Below, piece by piece: positions 1 to 15,300 of a DNA stretch of 64,000 nt; position 1 is the first letter of the stretch; each line of letters opens with the position of its first letter. Location: NCBI RefSeq assembly GCF_009914755.1, contig NC_060940.1; one strand, written 5' to 3'. This DNA comes from the human T2T-CHM13v2.0 reference genome, Homo sapiens. Under the pieces are notes generated by a model. The model was not told the DNA's origin, did not search any database, and worked only from the letters and a program-made list of their open reading frames with translations. The position numbers were made by a program, and so were the translations under genes.

Positions 1-350
1 GATTGTTCCATTCGATTCTATTCGATTCCTTTCGAAGATTATTCCATTTGAGTCCATTCGATGATGATTCCATTCCATTCCATTCGATGATTCCGTTTGA
101 TTCCATTCGATGATTCCCTTCGATTCCTTTCTTTGATGATTCCATTCCATTCCATTCAATGATTCCATTCGAATCTATTCCATGATGATTCCTTTCGATT
201 CCATTCGCTGATGTTTCCGTTCAATTCCATTCGATGATGATTCCATTCGATTCCATTCATTGAGGATTCCATTTGATTCCATTCAATGATGATTCCATTC
301 TATTCCATTCAATGATTGCATTCAATTCCATTCAATGATTATCCCATTAG

Positions 351-3300
351 AGTAAACTCAACGATTCCATTCAATACCATTCGATGATGATTCCTTTTGA
401 GTCCATTCAATGATTTCATTCAAGTCCATTTGATGATTCCTTTCAATTCCATTCTATGATGATTCCATTCGAGTCCATTCGATGATTCCATTCGATTGCA
501 TTCGATGATTCCATTATATTCCAGTCAACGATGATTCCATTCGAGTCCATTCCATGATTCCATTAGAGTACATTTAATGATTGCTTTGTTTTCAATTCGA
601 AGATGATTACATTGGATTCCATTCTATGATACCATTCGATTCCATTCAATGATGATTCCACTCAAATCCATTGGATGATTCCATTCGTGTCCATTCGGTG
701 ATTTCATTAGATTCCATTCAAGGATGATTCCATTCGATTCCATTCGATGATTCCATTCAATTCCATTCGATGATGATTCCATTCGAGTCCATTCGATGAT
801 TCCATTCGAGTCCATTTAATGATTCCATTGGGTTCAATTCAATGATGATTACATTGGATTCCGTTCTATGATTCCATTCAATTCCGTTCATTGACAATTT
901 GATTCCATTCGATGATGATTCCATTTGAGTTCATTCGATGATTCTATTCGATTCTCTTCGATGGTGATTCAATTCTATTATATTGGATGATTCCATTCGA
1001 TTCCATTTGATGTTGATTCAATTCGATTCTATTCGATGATGATTCCATTGGATTTCACTTGATGATTCTATTCGATTCCATTCAATGATGATTCACTTCT
1101 CGTCCATTGGATGATTCCATTTCATTCCATTCGATGATGATTCCATTCGATTCCATTCGATGATTCCATTTGATTCCATGCGACGGTGAGCAATTCGATT
1201 CAATTCCATGATGATTCTATTTGATTCAATTAGATGATGTTTCCATTCGAATCCATTCCATGATTATTCCATTGGAATCCATTTGGCGATGATTCCATAT
1301 GAGTCAATTCAATGATGATTCCATATGGGTCCGTTCGATGATAATTCCATTTGATTTCATTCGATGCTTCTATTCTATTCCAGTCGATGATGATTCCGTT
1401 GGAGTCCATACGATGATTCCATTTGATTTCATTTGATGATGATTCCATTCGATGATGATTACATTGGATTCCATTCTATGATTCCATTCAATTCCATTCG
1501 TTGATGATTCGATTCCATTCAATGATGATTCCATTTGAGTTCATTCGATGATTCTATTCGATTCCGTTCGATGGTGATTCAATTCTATTATATTGGATGA
1601 TTCCACTCGATTCCATTTGATGATTATTCCATTGGAGTCCACTTAGTGAATCCTTTAGATTCTACTCGACGATGATTCCATTCGAGTCCATTCAATGATA
1701 CCATTCAATTTCATTCGTTGATGCTTCCATTCAAGTGCATTCGATGATATCATTCGATTCCATTTGATGATAATTCCATTTGATTCCATGCGATGATTCT
1801 ATTCGATTCCATTCAATGATAATTCCATTCAATTCAGTGATTCCTCTGGACTCCATTTGATGATGATTCCATTCAATGATTCCATTCGATTCTATTCCAA
1901 AATGATTCCATTTGAATCCATTTGATGATGATTCCATTAGATTCCATTTGATGATTCCATTCGATTGCATTTGACGATGATTCCATTCGATTCCATTTGA
2001 TGATTCCATTCTATTCTATTCGATGATGATTCCATTCGATTCCATTTGATGATGATTGGATTCGATTCCATTTGATGATTTCATTTGATTCCATTCGTTA
2101 ATGATTTCGATCAACTCCATTCGATGATTCCATTTGATTCCATTCGATAATGATTACATCCGAGTCCATTCGATGATTCCATTTGAGCCCGTTCGATAAT
2201 TCCATTTGAGTCCAATCAATGATTCCATTCATTTCCATTCAATGATTCCATTCGAGTCCATTTGATCATTCCGGTAGGGTCCGTTCGATGTTGATTCCAT
2301 TGGAGTGCATTCGATGATTCCATTCGAGTCCATTTTATGATTTGATTCGAGTCCTTTCGATGATTCCATTCGATTCCACTCGATGATGATTTCATTCGAG
2401 TCCATTCGACACTTCCAATCGATTCCATTTGATGTTTCCATTCGAGTCCAATTGATGATTCCATTCAATTCCATTCGATGATGATTCCGTACGATTCCAT
2501 TCTGTGATGATTCCATGTGATTGCATTCCATGATGATTCCTTTCGATTGCATTCGATTATGATTCATTCCGTGTTCATTCTATGGTTCCACAGGTTTCCA
2601 TTCGATGACGTTTCCGTTCGTGTCCATTCCATTATTCCATTCTATTTCATTTGATGATGATTCCATTCGATTCCATTCATTGGTGATTCCACTCAATTCC
2701 ATTCAATGATTCCATTCCATTTCTTTCAACAATGATTCCATTAGTTTCTATTCGATGATCCACTTGATTCCATTTGGCGATGATTCCATTCGTGTCCATT
2801 CGATGATTCCATTTGATTCCATATGATGATGATTCCATTCGATTCCATACCATGATGATTCCATTCGAGTCCATTCAATGGTGATTCCATTCAATTCCAT
2901 TCGATGATTCCTTCCGATTCCATTCGATGATGATGGCATTCGATTCCTTTCAATCATTCCCTTTGATTCCATTCAAAGGTGATTTCATTCAAGTCCATTC
3001 GATAATTGCATTCGATTCCATTCTATGATGATTCCATTCGAGTCCATTTGATGATTCCATTCAATTCAAGTCAATGATGATTCCATTCAATTCCACTCGA
3101 TGATTCCATTGGATTCCATTCGATGATGATTCCATTCAAATCCATTCGATAATTCAATTCAAGTCCATTCGATGATGATTCCAATCGAATCCATTCAAAG
3201 ATTCCATTCAATTCCATTCGATGATGATTCCCTTAGATTCCATTCGATGATTCCACTTGATTCCATTTACGATGATTCCATTCGATTCCATGTGATGAAT

Positions 3301-6287
3301 CCATTCAATTCTATTCAATGATGTTTCCATTTGATTCCATTGGACCATGATTGCCTTTGATTCCATTCAATGATTCCATTCGGTTCCATTTGATGATGAT
3401 TCCGTTCGATTCCATTTCATTATTCCATTTGATTCCATTGGATGAGTCCATTCGATTACATTCGATGATTATTCCATTCGAGTGCATTAGATGATTGCAT
3501 TCGAGTCCATTCGATGATTCCATTCGATTCCATTCGATGTTGATTCTGTTCAAATCCATTCGATGATTCCACTCGATTCCAATCGATGACTCCATTTGAT
3601 CCCATTCGATGATTTCCTGTGATTCCCTTTGATGATCATTCTATTTGATTCAATTCGGTGATTTCATTTCATTCCATTCAGTGATGTTTCCATTCGACTC
3701 TATTCGATGATGATTCCATTCGACTCCATTCGATTATGATTTCATTCAATTCCATTCAATAATGATTCCCTTCGAGTCCATTCGATGATTCCATTCGATT
3801 CCATTCAACGATGATTTGATTCGTTTCCATTCGATGATTCCATTTGATTCCACTTGATGATGATTCCATTCGAGTCCATTTGATGATTCCATTCGAGTCT
3901 ATTTATGTATTATATTCGTGTCCACTTCATGATTCCATTCAATTCCATTTAATGTTGATTCCATTTGATTCCATTTGATGATTCAGTTCGATTCCTTGCA
4001 ATGATTCCCTACGATTCCTTTCTCTGATGATTCCATTCGATTCCATTCATTGATGATTTCATTCGACTCCATTCGATGATGATTCCTTTCGATTCCATTT
4101 GACGATGTTTCCATTCGAGTCCATTCGATGATGATTCTATTCAATTCTGTTCTATTATGATTCCATTCGATTTCATTCAATGCTTCTATTTGATTCCATT
4201 CGATGATGATTCCATCTCTTTCCCTTCGATGATTCCTTTTGATTCCATTCAGTGATGATTCCATTTGATTCCATCTGATGATGATTTCACTTGATTCCTT
4301 TCAATGATGATTCAATTCAAGTCCATTCGATGATTCCATTGGAGTCCAAACGATCATTCCGTTTGATTCCATTCAATGGTGATTCCATTCATGTCCATTC
4401 GATGAATCCATTCAATTCCATTCGATGATGACTCCATTCGAGTACATTCGATGATTCCATTTGATTCCATTTGAAGATGATTCCATTCAATTCCATTCGA
4501 AGATGATTCCATTCAATTCCATTCGATGATGATTCCGTATGAATCCATTCTCTGATTATTCCATTCGATTCCATTCATTGACGATTCCATTCAATTCCAT
4601 TCAATGATGATTCTCTTCTATTCCATTCGATGATTCCGGTCGATTCCATTCGATGATGATTCCATTAGATTCCATTCGATTGTTGCATTCGATTCCCTTC
4701 GATGATGATTCCTTTGAATTCCATTCGATTATCATTCCGTATGAATCCATTTGATGATTATTCCATTGGATTCCTTTCGATGATGATTCCATTCGAGTCC
4801 ATTCGATGATTCTATTCGAATCCATTTGATGATTTCTTTTGATTATAGTTGTTGATGATTCCCTTGGAGTCCATTCCATGATTCCATTCGATTCCAATCG
4901 ATGATGATTCCATTAGTGTCCATTTAATGATTCCATTTGATTCCAGTCTCTGATGATTACATTCGAGTCCATACGATGATTCCACTCAATTCCATATGAT
5001 GATGATTCCATTCGATTCCATTCGATGATTCCATTCTATTCTATTCAATGGTGATTCCATTCGAGTACATTAGATGATTCCATTCGATTCCATTCAATGA
5101 TGATTCTATTTGTGTCCCTTACATGGTTCCACATGATTCCATTAGATGATGATACTATTTGAGCCCATCCAATGATTCCCTTCGATTCCATTCGATGAGG
5201 ATTCCATTCGATTCAATTCATTGGTGATTCTATTCAATTCAATTCTTTGATTCCATTCCATTCCATTCGACAATGATTCCATTCGATTTCTTTCGATGAT
5301 TCCACTCGATTCCACTTGACATTGATTCCATTCGATTCCATTCAATGATTCCGTTTGATTCCAGTGGATGATGATTGCCATCGATTCCATTCGATCACTC
5401 CATTCTATTCCATTTGATGATGATTACATTCGATTCCATTTGATGATTCCATCTGATTCTATTCGAGGATTCCATTTGATTCCATTCGATGATGATTCCA
5501 TTTGAGTCCATTCGATGATTTCATTCGAGTACATCCAATGATTCCATTCGAGTCCATTTGGTGATTCCATTTGATTCCATTTGATTATGATTCTACTAGA
5601 GTCCATTCAGTGACTCCATTCGAATCCATTCAACAATTCCATTCGAGTCCATTCGAAGATTCCATTTCATGATTCCATTCGAGTCCATTTAATCATTACA
5701 GTCGAGTCCGTTTGGTGATTCCACTGGATTTCTTTTGATAATGATACCATTCCATTACATTTGATGATGATCCCATTCAATTTCATTTGATGATGATTCC
5801 ATTAGAGTCCATTCAATGATTTCATTCGAGTCCCTTCATTGATTCCATACGATTTCATTGGATGATGACTCCATTCGAGTCCATTCGATGATTCCACTCG
5901 ATTCCATTAGATGATTCCATTGGAGTCCATTTGATTGTTCCATTCGATTCCATTCGATTCCTTTCGAAGATTATTCCATTTGAGTCCATTCGATGATGTT
6001 TCCATTCCATTCCATTCCATTCGATGATTCCGTTTGATTCCATTCGATGATTCCCTTTGATTCCTTTCTATGATGATTCCATTCCATTCCATTCAATGAT
6101 TCCATTCGAATCTATTCCATGATGATTCCTTTCGATTCCATTCGCTGATGTTTCCGTTCAATTCCATTCGATGATGATTCCATTCGATTCCATTCATTGA
6201 GGATTCCATTGGATTCCATTCAATGATGATTCCATTCTATTCCATTCAATGATTGCATTCAATTCCATTCAATGATTATCCCCTTAG
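351..6287 (+). repeat. Variant higher-order unit, 5,937 bp
   Basis: Anchor-to-anchor distance. The length is fully explained by indels relative to 6112: -98 (~785), +16 (2605-2620), +3 (~3222), -91 (segment replacement ~3895-4776), -10 (~5665) and +5 (~6010). Confidence 0.85.
3895..4776 (+). repeat. ~880-bp alternative HSat2 segment, single copy in this window
   Basis: Alignment to the next unit breaks at ~3895 (vs 9901) and resumes at ~4777 (vs 10874). Unique words include ATTTATGTATTATATTCG, CCTTGCAATGATTCCCTACG, GGAGTCCAAACG and GATTCCGGTCG. Confidence 0.8.
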
Positions 6288-9200
6288 AGTAAACTCAACG
6301 ATTCCATTCAATACCATTCGATGATGATTCCTTTTGAGTCCATTCAATGATTTCATTCAAGTCCATTTGATGATTCCTTTCAATTCCATTCTATGATGAT
6401 TCCATTCGAGTCCATTCGATGATTCCATTCGATTGCATTCGACGATTCCCTTATATTCCATTCAACGATGATTCCATTCGAGTCCATTCGATGATTCCAT
6501 TAGAGTACATTTAATGATTGCTTTGTTTTCAATTCGAAGATGATTACATTGGATTCCATTCTTTGATACCATTCGATTCCATTCAATGATGATTCCACTC
6601 AAATCCATTGGATGATTCCATTCGTGTCCATTCGGTGATTTCATTAGATTCCATTCGAGGATGATTCCATTCGATGATTCCATTCAATTCCATTCGATGA
6701 TGATTCCATTCCAGTCCATATGATCATTCCATTTGATTTCATTCGATGATGATTCCATTCGATTCCATTCGACGATTCCATTCTATTCCATTCGAGGATG
6801 ATTCCATTCGAGTCCATTCGATGATTCCATTCGAGTCCATTTAATGATTCCATTGGGTTCAATTCAATGATGATTACATTGGATTCCGTTCTATGATTCC
6901 ATTCAATTCCGTTCATTGACAATTTGATTCCATTCGATGATGATTCCATTTGAGTTCATTCGATGATTCTATTCGATTCTCTTCGATGGTGATTCAATTC
7001 TATTATATTGGATGATTCCATTCGATTCCATTTGATGTTGATTCAATTCGATTCTATTCGATGATGATTCCATTGGATTTCACTTGATGATTCTATTCGA
7101 TTCCATTCAATGATGATTCACTTCTCGTCCATTGGATGATTCCATTTCATTCCATTCGATGATGATTCCATTCGATTCCATTCGATGATTCCATTTGATT
7201 CCATGCGACGGTGAGCAATTCGATTCAATTCCATGATGATTCTATTTGATTCAATTAGATGATGTTTCCATTCGAATCCATTCCATGATTATTCCATTGG
7301 AATCCATTCGGCGATGATTCCATATGAGTCAATTCAATGATGATTCCATATGGGTCCGTTCGATGATAATTCCATTTGATTTCATTCGATGCTTCTATTC
7401 AATTCCAGTCGACGATGATTCCGTTGGAGTCCATACGATGATTCCATTTGATTTCATTTCATGATGATTCCATTCGATGACGATTACATTGGATTCCATT
7501 CTATGATTCCATTCAATTCCATTCGTTGATGATTCGATTCCATTCAATGATGATTCCATTTGAGTTCATTCGATGATTCTATTCGATTCCATTCTATGGT
7601 GATTCAATTCCCTTATATTGGATGATTCGACTCGATTCCATTTGATGATTATTCCATTGGAGTCCACTTAGTGAATCCTTTAGATTCTACTCGACGATGA
7701 TTCCATTCGAGTCCATTCGATGATACCATTCAATTCCATTCGTTGATGCTTCCATTCAAGTGCATTCGATGATATCATTCGATTCCATTTGATGATAATT
7801 CCATTTGATTCCATGCGATGATTCTATTCGATTCCCTTCAATGATAATTCCATTCAATTCAGTGATTCCTCTGGACTCCATTTGATGATGATTCCATTCA
7901 ATGATTCCATTCGATTCTATTCGAAAATGATTCCATTTGAATCCATTTGATGATGATTCCATTAGATTCCATTTGATGATTCCATTCGATTCCATTCGAC
8001 AATGATTCCATTCGATTCCGTTTGATGATTCCATTCTATTCTATTCGATGATGATTCCATTCGATTCCATTCGATGATGATTGGATTCGATTCCATTTGA
8101 TGATTTCATTTGATTCCATTCGTTAATGATTTCGATCAATTCCATTCGATGATTCCATTCGATTCCTTTCGATAATGATTACATCCGAGTCCATTCGATG
8201 ATTCCCTTTGAGCCTGTTCGATAATTCCATTTGAGTCCAACCAATGATTCCATTCATTTCCATTCAATGATTCCATTCGAGTCCATTTGATCATTCCGGT
8301 AGGGTCCATTCGATGTTGATTCCATTGGAGTGCATTCGATGATTCCATTCGAGTCCATTTTAGGATTTGATTCGAGTCCTTTCGATGATTCCATTCGATT
8401 CCACTCGATGATGATTTCATTCGAGTCCATTCGACACTTCCAATCGATTCCATTTGATGATTCCATTCGAGTCCAATTGATGATTCCATTCAATTCCATT
8501 CGATGATGATTCCGTACGATTCCATTCTGTGATGATTCCATGTGATTGCATTCAATGATGATTCCTTTCGATTGCATTCGATTATGATTCATTTCGTGTT
8601 CATTCTATGGTTCCACAGGTTTCCATTCGTGTCCATTCCATTATTCCATTCTATTCCATTTGATGATGATTCCATTCGATTCCATTCATTGGTGATTCCA
8701 CTCAATTCCATTCAATGATTCCATTCCATTTCTTTCAACAATGATTCCATTAGTTTCTAATCGATGATCCACTTGATTCCATTTGACGACGATTCCATTC
8801 TTGTCCATTCGATGATTCCATTTGATTCCATATGATGATGATTCCATTCGATTCCATACCATGATGATTCCATTCGAGTCCATTCAATGGTGATTCCATT
8901 CAATTCCATTCGATGATTCCTTTTGATTCCATTCGATGATGATGGCATTCGATTCCTTTCAATCATTCCCTTTGATTCCATTCAAAGGTGATTTCATTCA
9001 AGTCCATTCGATAATTGCATTCGATTCCATTCTATGATGATTCCATTCGAGTCCATTTGATGATTCCATTCAATTCAAGTCAATGATGATTCCATTCGAT
9101 TCCATTCGATGATTCCATTGGATTCCATTCGATGATGATTCCATTCAAATCCATTCGATAATTCAATTCAAGTCCATTCGATGATGATTCCAATCGAATC

Positions 9201-12200
9201 CATTCAAAGATTCCATTCAGTTCCATTCGATGATTCCCTTAGATTCCATTCGATGATTCCACTTGATTGCATTTACGATGATTCCATTCGATTCCATGTG
9301 ATGATTCCATTCAATTCTATTCAATGATGTCTCCATTTGATTCCATTCGACCATGATTGCCTTTGATTCCATTCAATGATTCCATTCGGTTCCGTTTGAT
9401 GATGATTCCGTTCGATTCCATTTGATGATTCCATTTGATTCCATTGGATGGGTCCATTCGATTACATTCGATGATTATTCCATTCGAGTGCATTAGATGA
9501 TTCCATTCGAGTCCATTCGATGATTCCATTCGATTCCATTCGATGTTGATTCTGTTCAAATCCATTCGATGATTCCACTCGATTCCATTCGTTGACTCCA
9601 TTTGATCCCATTCGATGATTTTCTTTGATTCCCTTTGATGATCATTCCATTTGATTCAATTCGGTGATTTCATTTGATTCCATTCAGTGATGTTTCCATT
9701 CGACTCCATTCGATGATGATTCCATTCGACTCCATTCGATTATGATTTCATTCAATTCCATTCGATAATGATTCCCTTCGAGTCCATTCGATGATTCCAT
9801 TCGATTCCATTCAACGATGATTTGATTCGTGTCCATTCGATGATTCCATTTGATTCCACTTGATGATGATTCCATTCGAGTCCATTTGATGATTCCATTC
9901 AATTCCATACTCCGATGATTTCTTTTGAGCCCACTCAATGCTTCCACTCGATTCCATATGATGATGACTCCATTCGATGAAATTCGATGATGATTCCATT
10001 CGCTTGCTTTCGATGATGATTCCACTTGAGTCCGTTAGAAGATTCTATTCAATTACATTCCATGACGATTCCGTTCGAGTCCATTTGATGATTCCATTAG
10101 ACTCCATTCGACGATGATTCCATTCGATGTTATTCGATGATTCCATTCGATCTCATTCGATGATGATTCCATTCAACTCCATTCGATGTTTCCATTCGAG
10201 TTCATTCTATTATTCCATTAGATTCCATTCGATGATGATTCCATTCGATTCCATTTGATGATTGCATTCTATTTCATTTGATGATGATTCCATTCGAGTC
10301 CACTCGATGATTCCATTCGAGTCCATTTAATGAATCCATTGGTTTCAATTCTATGATGATTACATTGGATTCCATTCGTTGATGATTTCATTCGGTTCCA
10401 TTCAATGATGATTCCATTCAATTCCTTTCAATCTTTCCATTCAATTCCATACGATGATGATTCCATTTGATGTGATTCGACAGTGAGCCATTCGATTCAA
10501 TTCCATGATGATTCTATTTGATTCAATTGGTTGACATTTCCATTCGATTCCATTCGATGATGATTCCCTTTGATTCCGTTCAAAAATGATTCCATTCTAG
10601 CCCATTCAATCATTCCATTCGATTCTATTCAATGATGATTCCATTCATGTCGATTTGGTGATTCCATTTGACTTCATTTGATGATGATTCCTTTCAAGTT
10701 CATTAGATGATTCCATTCGATTCCATTTGATGATGATCCCATTCGAGTCCATTCAGTGATACCATTCGTTTCCATTCCATGATGATTCCATTACTTTCCA
10801 TTCAATGATTCCATTCGATTCCGTTTGATGATGATTTCATTCGAGTCCATTTGATGATTCCATTTGATTCCATTCGATGATGATTCCATTCGAGTCCATT
10901 CGATGATTCTATTCGAATCCATTTGATGATTTCTTTTGATTATATTTGGTGATGATTCCATTGGAGTCCATTCAATGATTCCATTCGATTCCAATCGATG
11001 ATGATTCCATTAGAGTCCATTTAATGATTCCATTTGATTCCAGTCTCTGATGATTACATTCGAGTCCATACGATGATTCCACTCAATTCCATATGATGAT
11101 GATTCCATTTGATTCCATTCGGTGATTCCATTCTATTCTATTCAATGGTGATTCCATTCGAGTACATTAGATGATTCCATTCGATTCCATTCAATGATGA
11201 TTCTATTTGTGTCCCTTAGATGATTCCACATGATTCCATTAGATGATGATACTATTTGAGCCCATCCAATGATTCCCTTCGATTCCATTCGATGAGGATT
11301 CCATTCGATTCAATTCATTGGTGATTCTATTCAATTCAATTCTTTGATTCCATTCCATTCCATTCGACAATGATTCCATTCGATTTCTTTCGATGATTCC
11401 ACTCGATTCCACTTGACATTGATTCCATTCGATTCCATTCAATGATTCCATTTGATTCCAGTGGATGATGATTGCCATCGATTCCATTCGATCACTCCAT
11501 TCTATTCCATTTGATGATGATTACATTCGATTCCATTTGATGATTCCATCTGATTCTATTCGAGGATTCCATTTGATTCCATTTGATGATGATTCCATTC
11601 GAGTCCATTTGATGATTTCATTCGAGTACATCCAATGATTCCATTCGAGTCCATTAGATGATTCCATTTGATTCCATTTGAAAATGATTCTACTAGAGTC
11701 CATTCAATGACTCCATTCGAGTCCATTCAACAATTCCATTCGACTCCATTCGATGATTCCATTCGATTCCATTTGATGGTTCCATTCGAGTCCATTTAAT
11801 CATTACAGTCGAGTCCATTTGGTGATTCCACTGGATTTCTTTTGATAATGATACCATTCAATTACATTTGATGATGATCCCATTCAATTTCATTTGATGA
11901 TGATTCCATTAGAGTCCATTCGATGATTTCATTCGAGTCCCTTCATTGATTCCATCCGATTTCATTGGATGATGACTCCATTCGAGTCCATTCGATGATT
12001 CCACTCGATTCCATTAGATGACTCCATTGGAGTCCATTTGATTGTTCCATTCGATTCCATTCGATTCCTTTCGAAGATTATTCCATTTGAGTCCATTCGA
12101 TGATGATTCCATTCCATTCCATTCGATGATTCCGTTTGATTCCATTCGATGATTCCCTTCGATTCCTTTCTTTGATGATTCCATTCCATTCCATTCAATG

Positions 12201-12389
12201 ATTCCATTCGAATCTATTCCATGATGATTCCTTTCGATTCCATTCGCTGATGTTTCCGTTCAATTCCATTCGATGATGATTCCATTCGATTCCATTCATT
12301 GAGGATTCCATTTGATTCCATTCAATGATGATTCCATTCAATTCCATTCAATGATTGCATTCAATTCCATTCAATGATTATCCCATTAG
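6288..12389 (+). repeat. Higher-order unit, 6,102 bp (10-bp deletion near 6665)
   Basis: Anchor-to-anchor distance. One ATTCGATTCC-type decamer is missing after GAGGATGATTCC compared with 12760-12790. Confidence 0.85.
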
Positions 12390-15300
12390 AGTAAACTCAA
12401 CGATTCCATTCAATACCATTCGATGATGATTCCTTTTGAGTCCATTCAATGATTTCATTCAAGTCCATTTGATGATTCCTTTCAATTCCATTCTATGATG
12501 ATTCCATTCGAGTCCATTCGATGATTCCATTCGATTGCATTCGATGATTCCATTATATTCCATTCAATGGTGATTCCATTCGAGTCCATTCGATGATTCC
12601 ATTAGAGTACATTTAATGATTGCTTTGTTTTCAATTCGAAGATGATTACATTGGATTCCACTCTATGATACCATTCGATTCCATTCAATGATGATTCCAC
12701 TCAAATCCATTGGATGATTCCATTCGTGTCCATTCGGTGATTTCATTAGATTCCATTCGAGGATGATTCCATTCGATTCCATTCGATGATTCCATTCAAT
12801 TCCATTCGATGATGATTCCATTCCAGTCCATATGATCATTCCATTTGATTTCATTCGATGATGATTCCTTTCGATTCCATTCGATGATTCCATTCTATTC
12901 CATTCGATGATGATTCCATTCGAGTCCATTCGATGATTCCATTCGAGTCCATTTAATGATTCCATTGGGTTCAATTCAATGATGATTACATTGGATTCCG
13001 TTCTATGATTCCATTCAATTCCGTTCATTGACAATTTGATTCCATTCGATGATGATTCCATTTGAGTTCATTCGATGATTCTATTCGATTCTCTTCGATG
13101 GTGATTCAATTCTATTATATTGGATGATTCCATTCGATTCCATTTGATGTTGATTCAATTCGATTCTATTCGATGATGATTCCATTGGATTTCACTTGAT
13201 GATTCTATTCGATTCCATTCAATGATGATTCACTTCTCGTCCATTGGATGATTCCATTTCATTCCATTCGATGATGATTCCATTCGATTCCATTCGATGA
13301 TTCCATTTGATTCCATGCGACGGTGAGCAATTCGATTCAATTCCATGATGATTCTATTTGATTCAATTAGATGATGTTTCCATTCGAATCCATTCCATGA
13401 TTATTCCATTGGAATCCAATCGGCGATGATTCCATATGAGTCAATTCAATGATGATTCCATATGGGTCCGTTCGATGATAATTCCATTTGATTTCATTCG
13501 ATGCTTCTATTCTATTCCAGTCGATGATGATTCCGTTGGAGTCCATACGATGATTCCATTTGATTTCATTTGATGATGATTCCATTCGATGAGGATTACA
13601 TTGGATTCCATTCTATGATTCCATTCAATTCCATTCGTTGATGATTCGATTCCATTCAATGATGATTCCATTTGAGTTCATTCGATGATTCTATTCGATT
13701 CCGTTCGATGGTGATTCAATTCTATTATATTGGATGATTCCACTCGATTCCATTTGATGATTATTCCATTGGAGTCCACTTAGTGAATCCTTTAGATTCT
13801 ACTCGACGATGATTCCATTCGAGTCCATTCGATGATACCATTCAATTCCATTCGTTGATGCTTCCATTCAAGTGCATTCGATGATATCATTCGATTCCAT
13901 TTGATGATAATTCCATTTGATTCCATGCGATGATTCTATTCGATTCCATTCAATGATAATTCCATTCAATTCAGTGATTCCTCTGGACTCCATTTGATGA
14001 TGATTCCATTCAATGATTCCATTCGATTCTATTCGAAAATGATTCCATTTGAATCCATTTGATGATGATTCCATTAGATTCCATTTGATGATTCCATTCG
14101 ATTCCATTCGACGATGATTCCATTCGATTCCGTTTGATGATTCCATTCTATTCTATTCGATGATGATTCCATTCGATTCCATTCGATGATGATTGGATTC
14201 GATTCCATTTGATGATTTCATTTGATTCCATTCGTTAATGATTTCGATCAATTCCATTCGATGATTCCATTCGATTCCATTTGATAATGATTACATCCGA
14301 GTCCATTCGATGATTCCCTTTGAGCCTGTTCGATAATTCCATTTGAGTCCAACCAATGATTCCATTCATTTCCATTCAATGATTCCATTCGAGTCCATAT
14401 GATCATTCCGGTAGGGTCCATTCGATGTTGATTCCATTGGAGTGCATTCGATGATTCCATTCGAGTCCATTTTAGGATTTGATTCGAGTCCTTTCGATGA
14501 TTCCATTCGATTCCACTCGATGATGATTTCATTCGAGTCCATTCGACACTTCCAATCGATTCCATTTGATGATTCCATTCGAGTCCAATTGATGATTCCA
14601 TTCAATTCCATTCGATGATGAATCCGTACGATTCCATTCTGTGATGATTCCATGTGATTGCATTCAATGATGATTCCTTTCGATTGCATTCGATTATGAT
14701 TCATTTCGTGTTCATTCTATGGTTCCACAGGTTTCCATTCGTGTCCATTCCATTATTCCATTCTATTCCATTTGATGATGATTCCATTCGATTCCATTCA
14801 TTGGTGATTCCACTCAATTCCATTCAATGATTCCATTCCATTTCTTTCAACAATGATTCCATTAGTTTCTAATCGATGATCCACTTGATTCCATTTGACG
14901 ACGATTCCATTCTTGTCCATTCGATGATTCCATTTGATTCCATATGATGATGATTCCATTCGATTCCATACCATGATGATTCCATTCGAGTCCATTCAAT
15001 GGTGATTCCATTCAATTCCATTCGATGATTCCTTTTGATTCCATTCGATGATGATGGCATTCGATTCCTTTCAATCATTCCCTTTGATTCCATTCAAAGG
15101 TGATTTCATTCAAGTCCATTCGATAATTGCATTCGATTCCATTCTATGATGATTCCATTCGAGTCCATTTGATGATTCCATTCAATTCAAGTCAATGATG
15201 ATTCCATTCGATTCCATTCGATGATTCCATTGGATTCCATTCGATGATGATTCCATTCAAATCCATTCGATAATTCAATTCAAGTCCATTCGATGATGAT

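Noticed and set aside
5999-6022. HSat3 or HSF1 stress-body type (CATTC)n tract
   Set aside because: Pure pentamer runs reach only about 3-4 copies; the array is HSat2, not HSat3.
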